A DNA stretch of 64,000 nucleotides from IMG/VR virus record IMGVR_UViG_3300048035_000135, positions 31,864 to 95,863 of that record. One strand, 5' to 3'. Positions 39,977 through 49,773 of the stretch are shown here, one piece after another (positions within the stretch are counted from its first letter, which is position 1; every line of letters begins with the position of its first letter). Below the pieces are notes generated by a model. That model had not been told where the DNA came from, did no database searches, and saw only the letters and a list, made by a program, of their open reading frames with translations. The stretch comes from a virus. The position numbers and the translations under genes were made by a program.

Positions 39977-42000
39977 TATCTAACCACTTTAAATACGAAC
40001 CCATCGAAATATTGTTGATTACCACTTCGGTCAACTCTAAATTCGAATTGATAAAATCTTTCAGGTTGTAATGTATTAAATCTAAAATCAAAGAAATTTC
40101 CAGTTGAATCACAACTAACCTTTGTGTAAGTTGTATCGAATGGAATCAATACTAAATTTGTTTCTACATCCCTAACCTGGTAATAAGTAGTTGCGGGTAG
40201 ATATTTAATTTGGTTATATGGTGCTGAGTTCGTAAAACTTCTTTGAGGATATGTTTCTCTACCAACAACTCTTAATTTAGCTCTTGATAATTCTTTATAT
40301 TCGGTTTTAAGATTCTTCATATATAATGTAATATCATCTTCTGTTAGTTCTGTTAGTGAACCTGTTACGAATGATGAATCATCCCACTTAACTTCTAATG
40401 TAGGAACGTATATTGTATGAGTATCATTTGAAAAGAACTTCGATGAACCATATTTAATAGAACCACTTTCTTCAGTAGAACCTCGTTTAATAATAAACCC
40501 ATCGTTAGGTCTTGTTTGTTTAAGTATATCCGTTACATATTTTGTTACATTTACATTCAAATCTGATGTAGATTTATTAAATGTTTGAGAATATTTTGTA
40601 TTATCAGCTGATGAGGTGTACCAAGTAGCCCCACCTGAATTTTTCAACCAACCTGCTTCTGAAATTGGTCGTTTGTTTAATGTACCGGAATATGTTAATT
40701 TCCAATTATCCATTGAACCTGTACCACCATCCGATGTAGCATTGAAGTATGTATATGCAAATATATAATCACCTTTACTCGGTGGGGTAAAAGATATAGA
40801 TTGAGTTGCTGAAGTTGTATATGATGATGTTAAGTTTGTTATCCCACTTCTCAATGGTAATCCGTTAGTATCATATAATGTAAATTCTATTGAATCAAAA
40901 TCACCTACATTTATAGATGATGTTAGTTGGTAATTTAATCCAGATTGTAGAGGTACTGATATTTGTGCATCCGCTCCACCATCAGTAGCGTATAAATTTA
41001 ATTTAGATTCTGATGCGAACATTCTAACGTTAGAAGTTATCTCTTCATTTACTCTATTTCTCAATTTGAAATCACCTTCGTTTTGAGTAAACGTTTCCCA
41101 CTTAATTAGGTTTCCTTCTTTTTGATAAACATATACTTCATCAAAAGAACCTGTTGTAGTAGTACCATCACCACTTCCATCAAAGAAAGTAAATCTTAAC
41201 TCATGCTCACCCGTTTCAGTTGAGGCTAAATCAAATGATTGAGTTGATGCGGTCTTTATAGCACCAACCATACCTTCGTAATCACCTTCGGTTTTAACAA
41301 CACCACTTGGTGTTTTGATTCTAAATGCTACATCATCAAATGATGATGGGTCTATCTGAAATTGTACTCCATAATCAGTACCACTTTCAAGATACGCTGG
41401 GAATACTAATGTAGTTCCTGCGAAGTTAGATGCAGAAATAATTAGTTTCTGATTCTGTATAAGTGTGAATGGTGAGTTACCATTAAAATCGTTTATTGAT
41501 TGTGTTAAAAATGCTGAACCGCTTCCATTTGCAAATGATTCATATAATACAACACCACTTTTTGGAGCTGTTTCAACAGCCTCACCATTGAAAACTTGCG
41601 TTGTTGATACTCCCCATAGGTTTGAACCATCTCTATATTGCCAAGTACCACCAACCTGCGTAATGGGATTATCAAAGAATTGACCTGCTCCTTCTGACCA
41701 ACTTTGTGAAATTGGATATACCTCTAATGAGTATTCACCTAATACTTCTCTAGCTTCAGTAGATGTTAGGTTTAGTTGGTACTCTGCAGTAAGTGGTATA
41801 TCACCATTTACAGTTGATGATGATATTTCTGATAAATCAAACTTAGTTAAGATTCGACTATTACCAATATGTACAGTTTCTGTTTCTTCATCGAAGAACT
41901 TGGTAACTTCTAACACCTCATCCAAACCAGTGTTCTGATTTTTACGATTGTTCAATTCGTAAATCGTAGTATCCTTTTCGCCGTATATTCTATAAATCAT
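39976..42000 (-). CDS. Virion structural protein with two internal beta-sandwich repeats
   Basis: KDTTIYE...NTGLDEVLEV N-terminus, PTLEVKWDD, duplicated ~145 aa unit. Confidence 0.7.
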   Translation of the reverse strand: MIYRIYGEKDTTIYELNNRKNQNTGLDEVLEVTKFFDEETETVHIGNSRILTKFDLSEISSSTVNGDIPLTAEYQLNLTSTEAREVLGEYSLEVYPISQSWSEGAGQFFDNPITQVGGTWQYRDGSNLWGVSTTQVFNGEAVETAPKSGVVLYESFANGSGSAFLTQSINDFNGNSPFTLIQNQKLIISASNFAGTTLVFPAYLESGTDYGVQFQIDPSSFDDVAFRIKTPSGVVKTEGDYEGMVGAIKTASTQSFDLASTETGEHELRFTFFDGSGDGTTTTGSFDEVYVYQKEGNLIKWETFTQNEGDFKLRNRVNEEITSNVRMFASESKLNLYATDGGADAQISVPLQSGLNYQLTSSINVGDFDSIEFTLYDTNGLPLRSGITNLTSSYTTSATQSISFTPPSKGDYIFAYTYFNATSDGGTGSMDNWKLTYSGTLNKRPISEAGWLKNSGGATWYTSSADNTKYSQTFNKSTSDLNVNVTKYVTDILKQTRPNDGFIIKRGSTEESGSIKYGSSKFFSNDTHTIYVPTLEVKWDDSSFVTGSLTELTEDDITLYMKNLKTEYKELSRAKLRVVGRETYPQRSFTNSAPYNQIKYLPATTYYQVRDVETNLVLIPFDTTYTKVSCDSTGNFFDFRFNTLQPERFYQFEFRVDRSGNQQYFDGFVFKVVR

Positions 42001-42013
42001 ACTATATCCTCGT

Positions 42014-43954
42014 TTAGAATTGTTGTGTTACAACCTGTCCTCTAATATCTTGATTAGGGTATTTCACTTCAAATATAGATGGGTCTCTTGGTGGGAATAT
42101 AATTCCACCTTTAGTTGCATTTATAATACTATATTTGTTTGGTGAATAGTTACCATTAAATTTATTTACAACTTGCAATCCACCCTTCCCATCTTTATCG
42201 GGTCTTACTACAGTTTGTACTCCATCTACTTTATCAATCTCAACATATAGTTTAGATAAATTAATTGGTTCGTTGATTCTCCAATTATCTATATTAAAAT
42301 AATCTCTTAATCTATCAATCGCTCTTAATAAAACTTCGTTGGAATTGTATTCAGGCATAACAATGATTTCAAAGTTGATACCAATATTAACTATATGTGC
42401 ATCTTTAATGTTAACCGCATCTGTTAACAATCTATGATACGATATATAGTTTTTTAAATTATACTTAGTGGCAGCGTTTAAAGCTCTTAAATTTTTGTTA
42501 TTATCATATCCACAAGTGTATAAGTTCAATGCTAATGGGTTGGGGATTTCAGTATTTATGAATTGCCCATCTACCTTAGAATGTTCTGTTTGGTAATCTT
42601 GTTGTAAATATGCTTTTGCTACTGAACCAAATTGTGGTGGAAGAGCGTAACATCTCATTACATAATCTTCTCTAGTTACAGTTCTATTTTGTGCTGCGAA
42701 AAATGCCATAGCATTCTGTCTAATTTCTTCTTGAGTTTCTGTAGTTTTACCACCTACAGCTGCGTTTGGATTTGTACAAGCTAACGATGCTCTAACAAAA
42801 GATACAACATCCTTACTAAGATTTATTTCATTCTTTAATGTAGTTGTACTTGATAATACGTTTGTTAAATCTTTAGCAGGTACATTATCTGCAATACCAT
42901 TACCAACAATATACTTAACAGTTAATGTTGTGTTTTGTGGAGCTACTCCATACGTTTTTGTGTATAAAAAGTTTGATGGGTCTAATGATGAATCTAAATT
43001 CTGATGCTCTGTATAAAGTGCTGAACCTACATTATCGGGATTAGGAATTATTTCTTCATCGGCATTTGATGAGATACCCGCACCAAACTGAATTGTTAAG
43101 ATACCATTATCTTCAAAATTTGTTACATATCTTTTAGGAACTCTATTTAATTCTAATAAGTAAGGTGTATCACCACTATACTTATGTAACATAGTTGAGT
43201 TCTCTTCGTTATTATCTATTTGTTCAAATACAGTATCTTGTGCTAAGTACGGAACTCTTGTCCAAACATCCCCGTCGGAATCTACGATTGATTTAACTCT
43301 TATTAGTTGTTCATCTTCTAATTTAATTTTATCATAAATCTTAGGATTCGTAAATCTATACTCTCTTGTTTTTTCTTTACCACTTGTAGCTTTTATCTTT
43401 TTCTTTAGTAGGTAATATACAGGTTCGTTTGTATTTTCATCAATTTGATAAACTGATACTTCAGTAGCATCAAATGAAGAAGAGAATGCAAAATCAACTG
43501 AACCAACTGTTGTGAACTCTACATCTGAAAAATCTGTTGAACCAACAATCATACCTTCCGATAAACTCATAGCGTATGTAAAATCAGGTTTTACATTATC
43601 ACCACTTCCAATCGCAGGTACTAATTGGAATACATCCAATGTTACCGATGCAGGTATAATATTTTTTGGTTTATATCCTAATGAGTTTACAATATTAAAT
43701 AGGTTTGCATTTTCTTCTGCCGTAGTTAATAGTGATTCTCTTAATTGTGTATCTGTATAAAATGATAATACATCGCCTACATATGATGCCATTTCCATAA
43801 ACATCATACCAGGAGATGATTCGTTAAAATCATTGTAGGTGTTTGGGAAATAGTTTTTAGAAAACTCAATTAAGTTTTTTCTAAATTCACCAAAATCTCT
43901 ACCGATTAACGATACATCCTTTTGTACTAAATCTGATTTCTTTTTGTTTGCCAT
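42014..43954 (-). CDS. Baseplate wedge subunit (T4 gp6-like)
   Basis: YNDFNESSPGMMFMEMASYVGDVLSFY, LGYKP, AQNRTVTREDY. Confidence 0.9.
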   Translation of the reverse strand: MANKKKSDLVQKDVSLIGRDFGEFRKNLIEFSKNYFPNTYNDFNESSPGMMFMEMASYVGDVLSFYTDTQLRESLLTTAEENANLFNIVNSLGYKPKNIIPASVTLDVFQLVPAIGSGDNVKPDFTYAMSLSEGMIVGSTDFSDVEFTTVGSVDFAFSSSFDATEVSVYQIDENTNEPVYYLLKKKIKATSGKEKTREYRFTNPKIYDKIKLEDEQLIRVKSIVDSDGDVWTRVPYLAQDTVFEQIDNNEENSTMLHKYSGDTPYLLELNRVPKRYVTNFEDNGILTIQFGAGISSNADEEIIPNPDNVGSALYTEHQNLDSSLDPSNFLYTKTYGVAPQNTTLTVKYIVGNGIADNVPAKDLTNVLSSTTTLKNEINLSKDVVSFVRASLACTNPNAAVGGKTTETQEEIRQNAMAFFAAQNRTVTREDYVMRCYALPPQFGSVAKAYLQQDYQTEHSKVDGQFINTEIPNPLALNLYTCGYDNNKNLRALNAATKYNLKNYISYHRLLTDAVNIKDAHIVNIGINFEIIVMPEYNSNEVLLRAIDRLRDYFNIDNWRINEPINLSKLYVEIDKVDGVQTVVRPDKDGKGGLQVVNKFNGNYSPNKYSIINATKGGIIFPPRDPSIFEVKYPNQDIRGQVVTQQF

Positions 43955-43963
43955 ATCTTAAAC

Positions 43964-44401
43964 CTATTCTATTGTACTTCCAGCTGAATCTACAAATAAT
44001 ATTATTTGTTGGTTTGCACCTTGCTCTGTAACTCTGAACCTTAATTCTATTCTAAGGAAATTTCTATCAGGTTCTGTTTCAATATCTATATTGTCAATAA
44101 CTATATAAGGTAACCAAAATTTGATATCTTCTGATAACGTTTGTGAAACTCTTTCGTTTAGATTAGAGTCAATATTTTCAAAGAGTTGAGAATATACATC
44201 CGAACCAAACAAAGGTTGAAATGGTCTTTCACCTTTTCTAGTCAATAATAGATTCTTTAAATTAGATATTGCTTGCTCTTCAGTTGTGTAACTTTGAGCA
44301 AATAATCCTTTGGGTTTACCAAATGGTAATTTTACCCCAACGGCAACATCAGGTTTAAAATCTATTGGATTGTAGAAATATTCTTTTCTAGGTTTAGCCA
44401 T
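43964..44401 (-). CDS. Baseplate gp25-like protein
   Basis: NLKNLLLTRKGERPFQPLFGS. Confidence 0.93.
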   Translation of the reverse strand: MAKPRKEYFYNPIDFKPDVAVGVKLPFGKPKGLFAQSYTTEEQAISNLKNLLLTRKGERPFQPLFGSDVYSQLFENIDSNLNERVSQTLSEDIKFWLPYIVIDNIDIETEPDRNFLRIELRFRVTEQGANQQIILFVDSAGSTIE

Positions 44402-44405
44402 TTAA

Positions 44406-44894
44406 TTATCTTCCCTTTTTCTTATCAATCGCTTTCATCAATTGAGAATAATCTTTTGTTATTGCACCCATCACATTAGCCACTTCAGGGTTAGATGTAT
44501 CAACAGGTCTACCATCGATATCTTGTGTTGGTGCTGCTGAGGTAGAACCATTATCCACCCATCGTTGTGCTTGATTAGACCCAAATTGAGAATCCATAGT
44601 TCTCCATTCGCCATCATTCATTGTTTGATTTAACATTTCATTTAACATTGGATTCTTAACAAATGTTTTTGGTTTAGATGTTTTTTTATTTTCCACTACC
44701 TCTCTACCAAATATTTCTTTTAAATCTAAATCAGTAGGGTCTTTTACAACACCCTTTTTTCCACCACCATTCAATTCAGTAATAGTGTGTTTTGGTCTGT
44801 TGCTCTTAATCTCTTTAAGCATAGGTTTTAGTTCTTCACGAACTACCTTTCTTACGATTACTTCTAATAATTGTGCTAAATCTTTTGCCTTCAT
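44406..44894 (-). CDS. Hypothetical protein
   Basis: VRKVVREEL leader, LNEMLNQT, DYSQLMK; ATATTTATA upstream. Confidence 0.7.
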   Translation of the reverse strand: MKAKDLAQLLEVIVRKVVREELKPMLKEIKSNRPKHTITELNGGGKKGVVKDPTDLDLKEIFGREVVENKKTSKPKTFVKNPMLNEMLNQTMNDGEWRTMDSQFGSNQAQRWVDNGSTSAAPTQDIDGRPVDTSNPEVANVMGAITKDYSQLMKAIDKKKGR

Positions 44895-44933
44895 AATTTT
44901 CTACTTTATATATAAATATTAAAAACTTTCTTT

Positions 44934-45542
44934 TTACACCATTCCAATCCAAGGTTGTGAAATTGGCCCGATAGGAATTGGTGTTAGAGGTGAACCACTT
45001 GTTACAAATTCAGTTTGTAATCCACCTACTGTCATTAAGTGAGCAGTAAATGCCGCTACTAATTTAGTAGCAAATGGAATTCCAAATGGTACTGGTGATG
45101 GTGGGTGAGTAAATGCTGCTAACAACCCCGCTTTAAGTGGTGCTACCGCCCCACCATTATTTATGATGTGAGTTATTGGCGCTGGTATTCCTGCAGTTCC
45201 TGTAGATGCTGCCATATTCAATGGATGAAATGGAGTTTGGGACATTGTTGTTGCTAACCAATATTGTGATGTTGCGTTTGCCCAATCCGTAAAATGGTTC
45301 AACTTAGGTCTACCTTCGGAATCTTTTATATCGTTTAGAGTTTTTAAGATACCCAATTTGATTGGTTGATATGGTGCTTGAACTGATGGTAGATTGACAT
45401 GAAGAACTGTTTGAGCAGTTTTAACTGCTTTGTGATATTCCGATGCTATCTTCTCTGCGGTTTCTTCTTCAGTTTTTCCTTCGGTTGCTGAGTTTAAGTA
45501 ACCACCTACTACTGGTATAAATGTTGGCCAAAGTGCGGGCAT
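44934..45542 (-). CDS. Hypothetical protein (baseplate spike region)
   Basis: Pro/Ala-rich ORF directly downstream of the gp5-like gene. Confidence 0.65.
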   Translation of the reverse strand: MPALWPTFIPVVGGYLNSATEGKTEEETAEKIASEYHKAVKTAQTVLHVNLPSVQAPYQPIKLGILKTLNDIKDSEGRPKLNHFTDWANATSQYWLATTMSQTPFHPLNMAASTGTAGIPAPITHIINNGGAVAPLKAGLLAAFTHPPSPVPFGIPFATKLVAAFTAHLMTVGGLQTEFVTSGSPLTPIPIGPISQPWIGMV

Positions 45543-45546
45543 AATA

Positions 45547-46545
45547 TTATTGTTTCATTGCTTTTATATCACTAAGTATAGATGCAACTTTTCCAGCATT
45601 AGTAGCCGGGCCTGTAGGTCCGACTCCAGTTGCGTAAGTTGCTGCGGCTGATGTTAAATCTTTTAACTCACTTGCTAACTTCTCTATCAAAGTAAATAGT
45701 TTATCCATTTCCATTTGCCATCCCGGCGTTGCATTTATAATATCTTTTTTTGCTGCTATAATAACACTTTCGTTTCTAGCATTTAAAAATATTCTATCTG
45801 AATTCATTACTATCGAAGGATTCGAATACGATGATGGATTATCTGCCCCACCAATACCAGTTTGAGCTGGCGTTAGTTTTATCTTTTGTGATGAACCCAA
45901 CCATATAGATGAAAGGTCATCATTCACATCTTCTATAATAAATTTATTGTAAGAACCACCACTCTTTCTACCATTAGATATAATTGTGATTGGGTCGTTA
46001 TCAGTTGAAGAACTCCACGATGGTGTTTGAGTTGTATCACTACCATTTGGAGTATACCCGAATCTCATTGAATGCCCAAATCTACCTTCTAAAAGAACAT
46101 CACCGATAAATGGTTGTACAGTACCAACATCATCTCTTTCCGAAAACCCTTTACCTAAATCTGCTTCAGAATCACCACTACTAACATTTGGGTTTCCTGC
46201 GGCTGCACTATTATAACTCCCAGCATTGTTTTGTGAAGATACTGATGTTTTTGAATTTACTAATGCGTTATTGTGAGGATTCTTTTGAATGGAAACAGGA
46301 TTCATATAGTAATATGTTCTGTTTGATTGCCTCTGAGTTGGTGCAGCTTCAGCTTCCGTACCCATAAAGCAAACAACGGATTCACCAATCAAAGGAATCC
46401 GTCTTATAGACATATCGAATGGATATGCAGTTATTTGTTGATTTACAGTTTTTTGATTAAACCCCTGAATTGAATGTACCTCATTGATATCATCATCTTT
46501 AAGGGTTATATTTTGTACCGTTATTATTTCAATAGTACCACCCAT
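45547..46545 (-). CDS. Baseplate hub/central spike (gp5-like)
   Basis: PLIGESV (OB-fold end), GDVLLEGRFGHSMRF, NSDRIFLNAR, TGVGPTGP tip. Confidence 0.7.
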   Translation of the reverse strand: MGGTIEIITVQNITLKDDDINEVHSIQGFNQKTVNQQITAYPFDMSIRRIPLIGESVVCFMGTEAEAAPTQRQSNRTYYYMNPVSIQKNPHNNALVNSKTSVSSQNNAGSYNSAAAGNPNVSSGDSEADLGKGFSERDDVGTVQPFIGDVLLEGRFGHSMRFGYTPNGSDTTQTPSWSSSTDNDPITIISNGRKSGGSYNKFIIEDVNDDLSSIWLGSSQKIKLTPAQTGIGGADNPSSYSNPSIVMNSDRIFLNARNESVIIAAKKDIINATPGWQMEMDKLFTLIEKLASELKDLTSAAATYATGVGPTGPATNAGKVASILSDIKAMKQ

Positions 46546-46913
46546 TAATCATCTCCCTCTTCTGAATTTAAGGTTTCGATTGATTTATCGATTGCTTCAG
46601 CATTTAAAATTAATTGTTTCTTTTCTTCTTCGGTTAATCCGAATCCACCATCATCGCCTGAGTTTGCATCCTTCATCATACGTTGAACAATCGCTGCTAA
46701 TTTAACAATCTGGTCATCGTTTTTTACAGCCACTTCCATATACTCTTTTATCAAAGGAACAATTACTGTAGCATCTTGTAGGTTCTTTACCAATGGTTCT
46801 AATTGTGCTATAAGAAGTTTTAGTTGCCTATCCTTCTTTTTAGAATTATGGTAAACATCAGACATGATATCAGAAAACGTTTTCCCTTTAAATAATTCAG
46901 TATCCTTATCCAT
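46545..46913 (-). CDS. Hypothetical protein
   Basis: ORF track; AAGGA SD. Confidence 0.7.
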   Translation of the reverse strand: MDKDTELFKGKTFSDIMSDVYHNSKKKDRQLKLLIAQLEPLVKNLQDATVIVPLIKEYMEVAVKNDDQIVKLAAIVQRMMKDANSGDDGGFGLTEEEKKQLILNAEAIDKSIETLNSEEGDD

Positions 46914-47628
46914 TACTATCCTTTAGTTTATATTTAAGGGATAAAAATCCCTTCTGATTGTATTCGGTGTACAACTCTACATAAATACCTTTTAATTTAC
47001 CAACTACTTTAGTTATATATTGAGTATGTACTCCTGTTCTCTCTCTAATAAGTATGTAGAGTGCTTTTTTGTTATACGAATATAAATCATATCTGTTCTT
47101 AAATAATTCATTTATTGAATCTGCAATCGCCCTATCCCTATCTTTTAAAAACAATTCATATAAATGATAATCTATATATTTTGTATAATGGTCTATGAAA
47201 TCTGATTTTGCTTCTTTGTTGTTTTGGTCTACAATCTCATTTACGATATTACGAGATGTATCAATTGCCGCTACCTTTTCTTTTGATTTCATCCTAGCAT
47301 AGTTTGCATTATTCTCATTGAATAAATAGTTTCTTGCAACTACTGTGAAATAGGAGAACGCTCTACCATTCTCACCATTGAACTTATGAATCTTTTCATT
47401 CAGAAACGCAACTACACTCGCCTTTACATCTTCATATGGTACATCAAAGTAATATGTTTTGTATGTATGAATTACATTTTCAGCTAACTTATCAAACGGA
47501 TAATGAATGAATCTGTTATAGATTTTGTTCTTTAGTTGGTTATCATCACAACCATTATATGCATTTATTGCGATTTCGGTGATTTTGGTAAAATATCTTT
47601 TACTCCTTTTTCTTCTTTTTTTAGGCAT
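46906..47628 (-). CDS. Sigma-factor-like protein (T4 gp55-like late sigma)
   Basis: YFT...KLAEN...KIHKFNGENGRAFSYFTVVARNYL resembles sigma region 2 of gp55-like proteins. Confidence 0.7.
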   Translation of the reverse strand: MPKKRRKRSKRYFTKITEIAINAYNGCDDNQLKNKIYNRFIHYPFDKLAENVIHTYKTYYFDVPYEDVKASVVAFLNEKIHKFNGENGRAFSYFTVVARNYLFNENNANYARMKSKEKVAAIDTSRNIVNEIVDQNNKEAKSDFIDHYTKYIDYHLYELFLKDRDRAIADSINELFKNRYDLYSYNKKALYILIRERTGVHTQYITKVVGKLKGIYVELYTEYNQKGFLSLKYKLKDSNG

Positions 47629-47902
47629 TCGGATTTATTTCATTATTTAACTTATCTAATGCAGATTGTATTTCTTTATATACAAACCCGCTTTCATCAT
47701 CTGCTTCAAACGAACCAACTCTATCTACCTCTCTCATTCGAGCTAATGCTCTATCAACAGAGGTAGCTACTGATTCAATTACTTTATCAGATTCTTCTAT
47801 ACCATCTTCTAACTTTTCAACCTTACGAAGTAAGTTCCAAACTATATAAAGTAAGATTGATATTATTACTAATGGTAAAACTATGTGTTGTATTAGTTCC
47901 AT
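47621..47902 (-). CDS. Small membrane protein
   Basis: N-terminal TM, coiled coil, FEADDESG. Confidence 0.7.
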   Translation of the reverse strand: MELIQHIVLPLVIISILLYIVWNLLRKVEKLEDGIEESDKVIESVATSVDRALARMREVDRVGSFEADDESGFVYKEIQSALDKLNNEINPNA

Positions 47903-47903
47903 A

Positions 47904-48677
47904 TTAGGCCTCTTCTACTTCACCAAAGATAGATTTAAAATCAATCTTCTCTGGCATTTTTACATTTTCTAATTTTGCTTTCTTAGTTGGTCTACCACCT
48001 ACATTCTTTGTAGTAACTTCACCTTGCTTCATCTTCATCCATCTTTCGTTTTCGAATCTAGCTGCCATAATATCAGCTTGATGCATTACAAATGGTAGTC
48101 CAGTCTTTAGTGCGTTATCTTTATTATATGCGATATAATACTCTTTATTGGAATCATCGTACAATCCATCAGTAAGTTTGATACCTAAGTATTCAACCTC
48201 TGAGATTTTAATTCCGAAATGGTTCAACATCCAAAATGTTCTATCATTCAAATTCATCCAATGCATTGATGGATTAGTTTTGTAAATCTTTCCTTGATTC
48301 TCAACATGCCATTGTGAATCATTTGGGATATACCAACTCTCATCAGCGTTACCAACTTTACCTAAGTCGTGGTGAAGGGCTGTGAAGATTACAGTTTCCT
48401 TATCGTATCCACCATCTCCGATTCCTAACTCAGTATGTAAATCGAATACCTTAACTGCGTTTAGAGTAACTCTTAATACGTGGTCAATGTATCCACCAGC
48501 AAATGCGTTGTGGAAGTGTTCGGTTGATGAGGCAGGAGTAAGAATGATTCTATCTTCAAGATGGTCGTACATCTTGTTAAGAGCTTCTAACCTCTCACCT
48601 GTAAATGTTTGATTAATTAATTTTCTGAACTTTTCGTAGTTCTCTTTGATTTGATTTTCATCTAAAATGTGTACCAT
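47904..48677 (-). CDS. HD-domain phosphohydrolase (YhaM-like)
   Basis: PAS...HNAFAGGYIDH...LHHDLGK...HQAD. Confidence 0.85.
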   Translation of the reverse strand: MVHILDENQIKENYEKFRKLINQTFTGERLEALNKMYDHLEDRIILTPASSTEHFHNAFAGGYIDHVLRVTLNAVKVFDLHTELGIGDGGYDKETVIFTALHHDLGKVGNADESWYIPNDSQWHVENQGKIYKTNPSMHWMNLNDRTFWMLNHFGIKISEVEYLGIKLTDGLYDDSNKEYYIAYNKDNALKTGLPFVMHQADIMAARFENERWMKMKQGEVTTKNVGGRPTKKAKLENVKMPEKIDFKSIFGEVEEA

Positions 48678-48695
48678 AATTTAATTTTTAATTGT

Positions 48696-48762
48696 TAACT
48701 AATTGATTATCAATGTGTTGTGATGATAGTGATAGTGTAACTGATTGATTATCAGACACTTA
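48696..48762. repeat. Intergenic element: GATGATAGTGATAGTG flanked by two 25-bp quasi-palindromes (second copy at 60014-60054)
   Basis: Exact 16-mer at 48722-48737 and 60014-60029, each abutting a TAAC-N4-TGAtTATCA-N5-TTA-like site. Confidence 0.75.
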
Positions 48763-49056
48763 CACTTCATCTAATATAGATAAGAATTCACTCTCTCTAT
48801 AAATGTTATACGTTTTACCACCATTCTTATGTTTGAATCCAGTTCCATCTAATAGAACTATATCCCCAACCTTAGTGCTCATTGGTATTGATACACCACT
48901 TTGTGTAAACAATCCACTACCAACTGCAACTACTTTACCCATCATTGTGGTATCTGAACCTGATGGTTTGTATAAACCACCTTTGGTTTTTTCATCGTGT
49001 CTTTTGAGTATCTCTACTACTACTCTATCCCCTAAGGGTCTGTAATTATATTCCAT
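48760..49056 (-). CDS. groES: Co-chaperonin GroES
   Basis: RPLGDRVVV, KTKGGLY, GKVVAVGSG, KVGDIVL, RESEFL. Confidence 0.95.
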   Translation of the reverse strand: MEYNYRPLGDRVVVEILKRHDEKTKGGLYKPSGSDTTMMGKVVAVGSGLFTQSGVSIPMSTKVGDIVLLDGTGFKHKNGGKTYNIYRESEFLSILDEV

Positions 49057-49059
49057 AAC

Positions 49060-49701
49060 TTAAACTATTTTATCTATTATTCCTAATTCTAATGCTTCTT
49101 CTGCTGATAAGAAGTAATCACTTCTTTGATTTTCTTTCCAAAACTTCTTATCTTTTTTTGTGGTTTCTTCCATAAGGTTATTACAATCATCTTCTAATTG
49201 TTCTGCGAACTTAGCGTTTGATTTAATATCTTCTAACTTTCCAAAATTCATTGTTGATAATTGGTGAACCATAATCTTAGAGTGTTTAGATGCTGCTCTA
49301 AGACCTGTACCACATGCTAATAGTAATGCTGCAGCACTCATAGCTGAACCTCTACAAATAATGTTTGTAGAAATATCATCATCTTTCTTTATGGTTCTGA
49401 TGTAATCAATCAATCCTAATGTTTCTACTACATCACCGCCGGGTGAATTAAGTAAGATATTGATTGATTTTAATTCTGGATTAATTTTTCTGAGTAATCT
49501 AACTTTCGATATTGTATCGAATATCATACCTTGACTAATCTCATCTTGTACTAAGATAATGTTTGATTCAATATCAATTCCATAATCAAACTCTCTGAAC
49601 TCCTGAAAGTGTTTATCTCTTTCGGATACTTTCTGTACATCATACTTTGGTTCTATATCACCAGCCGTAGATGTTCTGCCTTCATTATATAAATCACTCA
49701 T
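49060..49701 (-). CDS. clpP: ClpP-like peptidase
   Basis: NSPGG, AMSAAA (Ser), IMVHQ (His), DYFLSAEEALELGIID (Asp). Confidence 0.92.
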   Translation of the reverse strand: MSDLYNEGRTSTAGDIEPKYDVQKVSERDKHFQEFREFDYGIDIESNIILVQDEISQGMIFDTISKVRLLRKINPELKSINILLNSPGGDVVETLGLIDYIRTIKKDDDISTNIICRGSAMSAAALLLACGTGLRAASKHSKIMVHQLSTMNFGKLEDIKSNAKFAEQLEDDCNNLMEETTKKDKKFWKENQRSDYFLSAEEALELGIIDKIV

Positions 49702-49737
49702 ATGCTTTTTGTAACTATTTTTTATGTTAAACTTATG

Positions 49738-49769
49738 TAAATATACGAAATTATTTTTACAATACCAAA
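49738..49769 (-). promoter_or_regulatory. Bacteroidota-type promoter upstream of clpP
   Basis: TTTG-N20-TATATTTA. Confidence 0.65.
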
Positions 49770-49773
49770 TCTT

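Noticed and set aside
3172-44919. Plus-strand TATAAATA read as classical T4 late promoters
   Set aside because: In T4 orientation they would point away from every adjacent gene start; reinterpreted as ATATTTATA on the coding strand.
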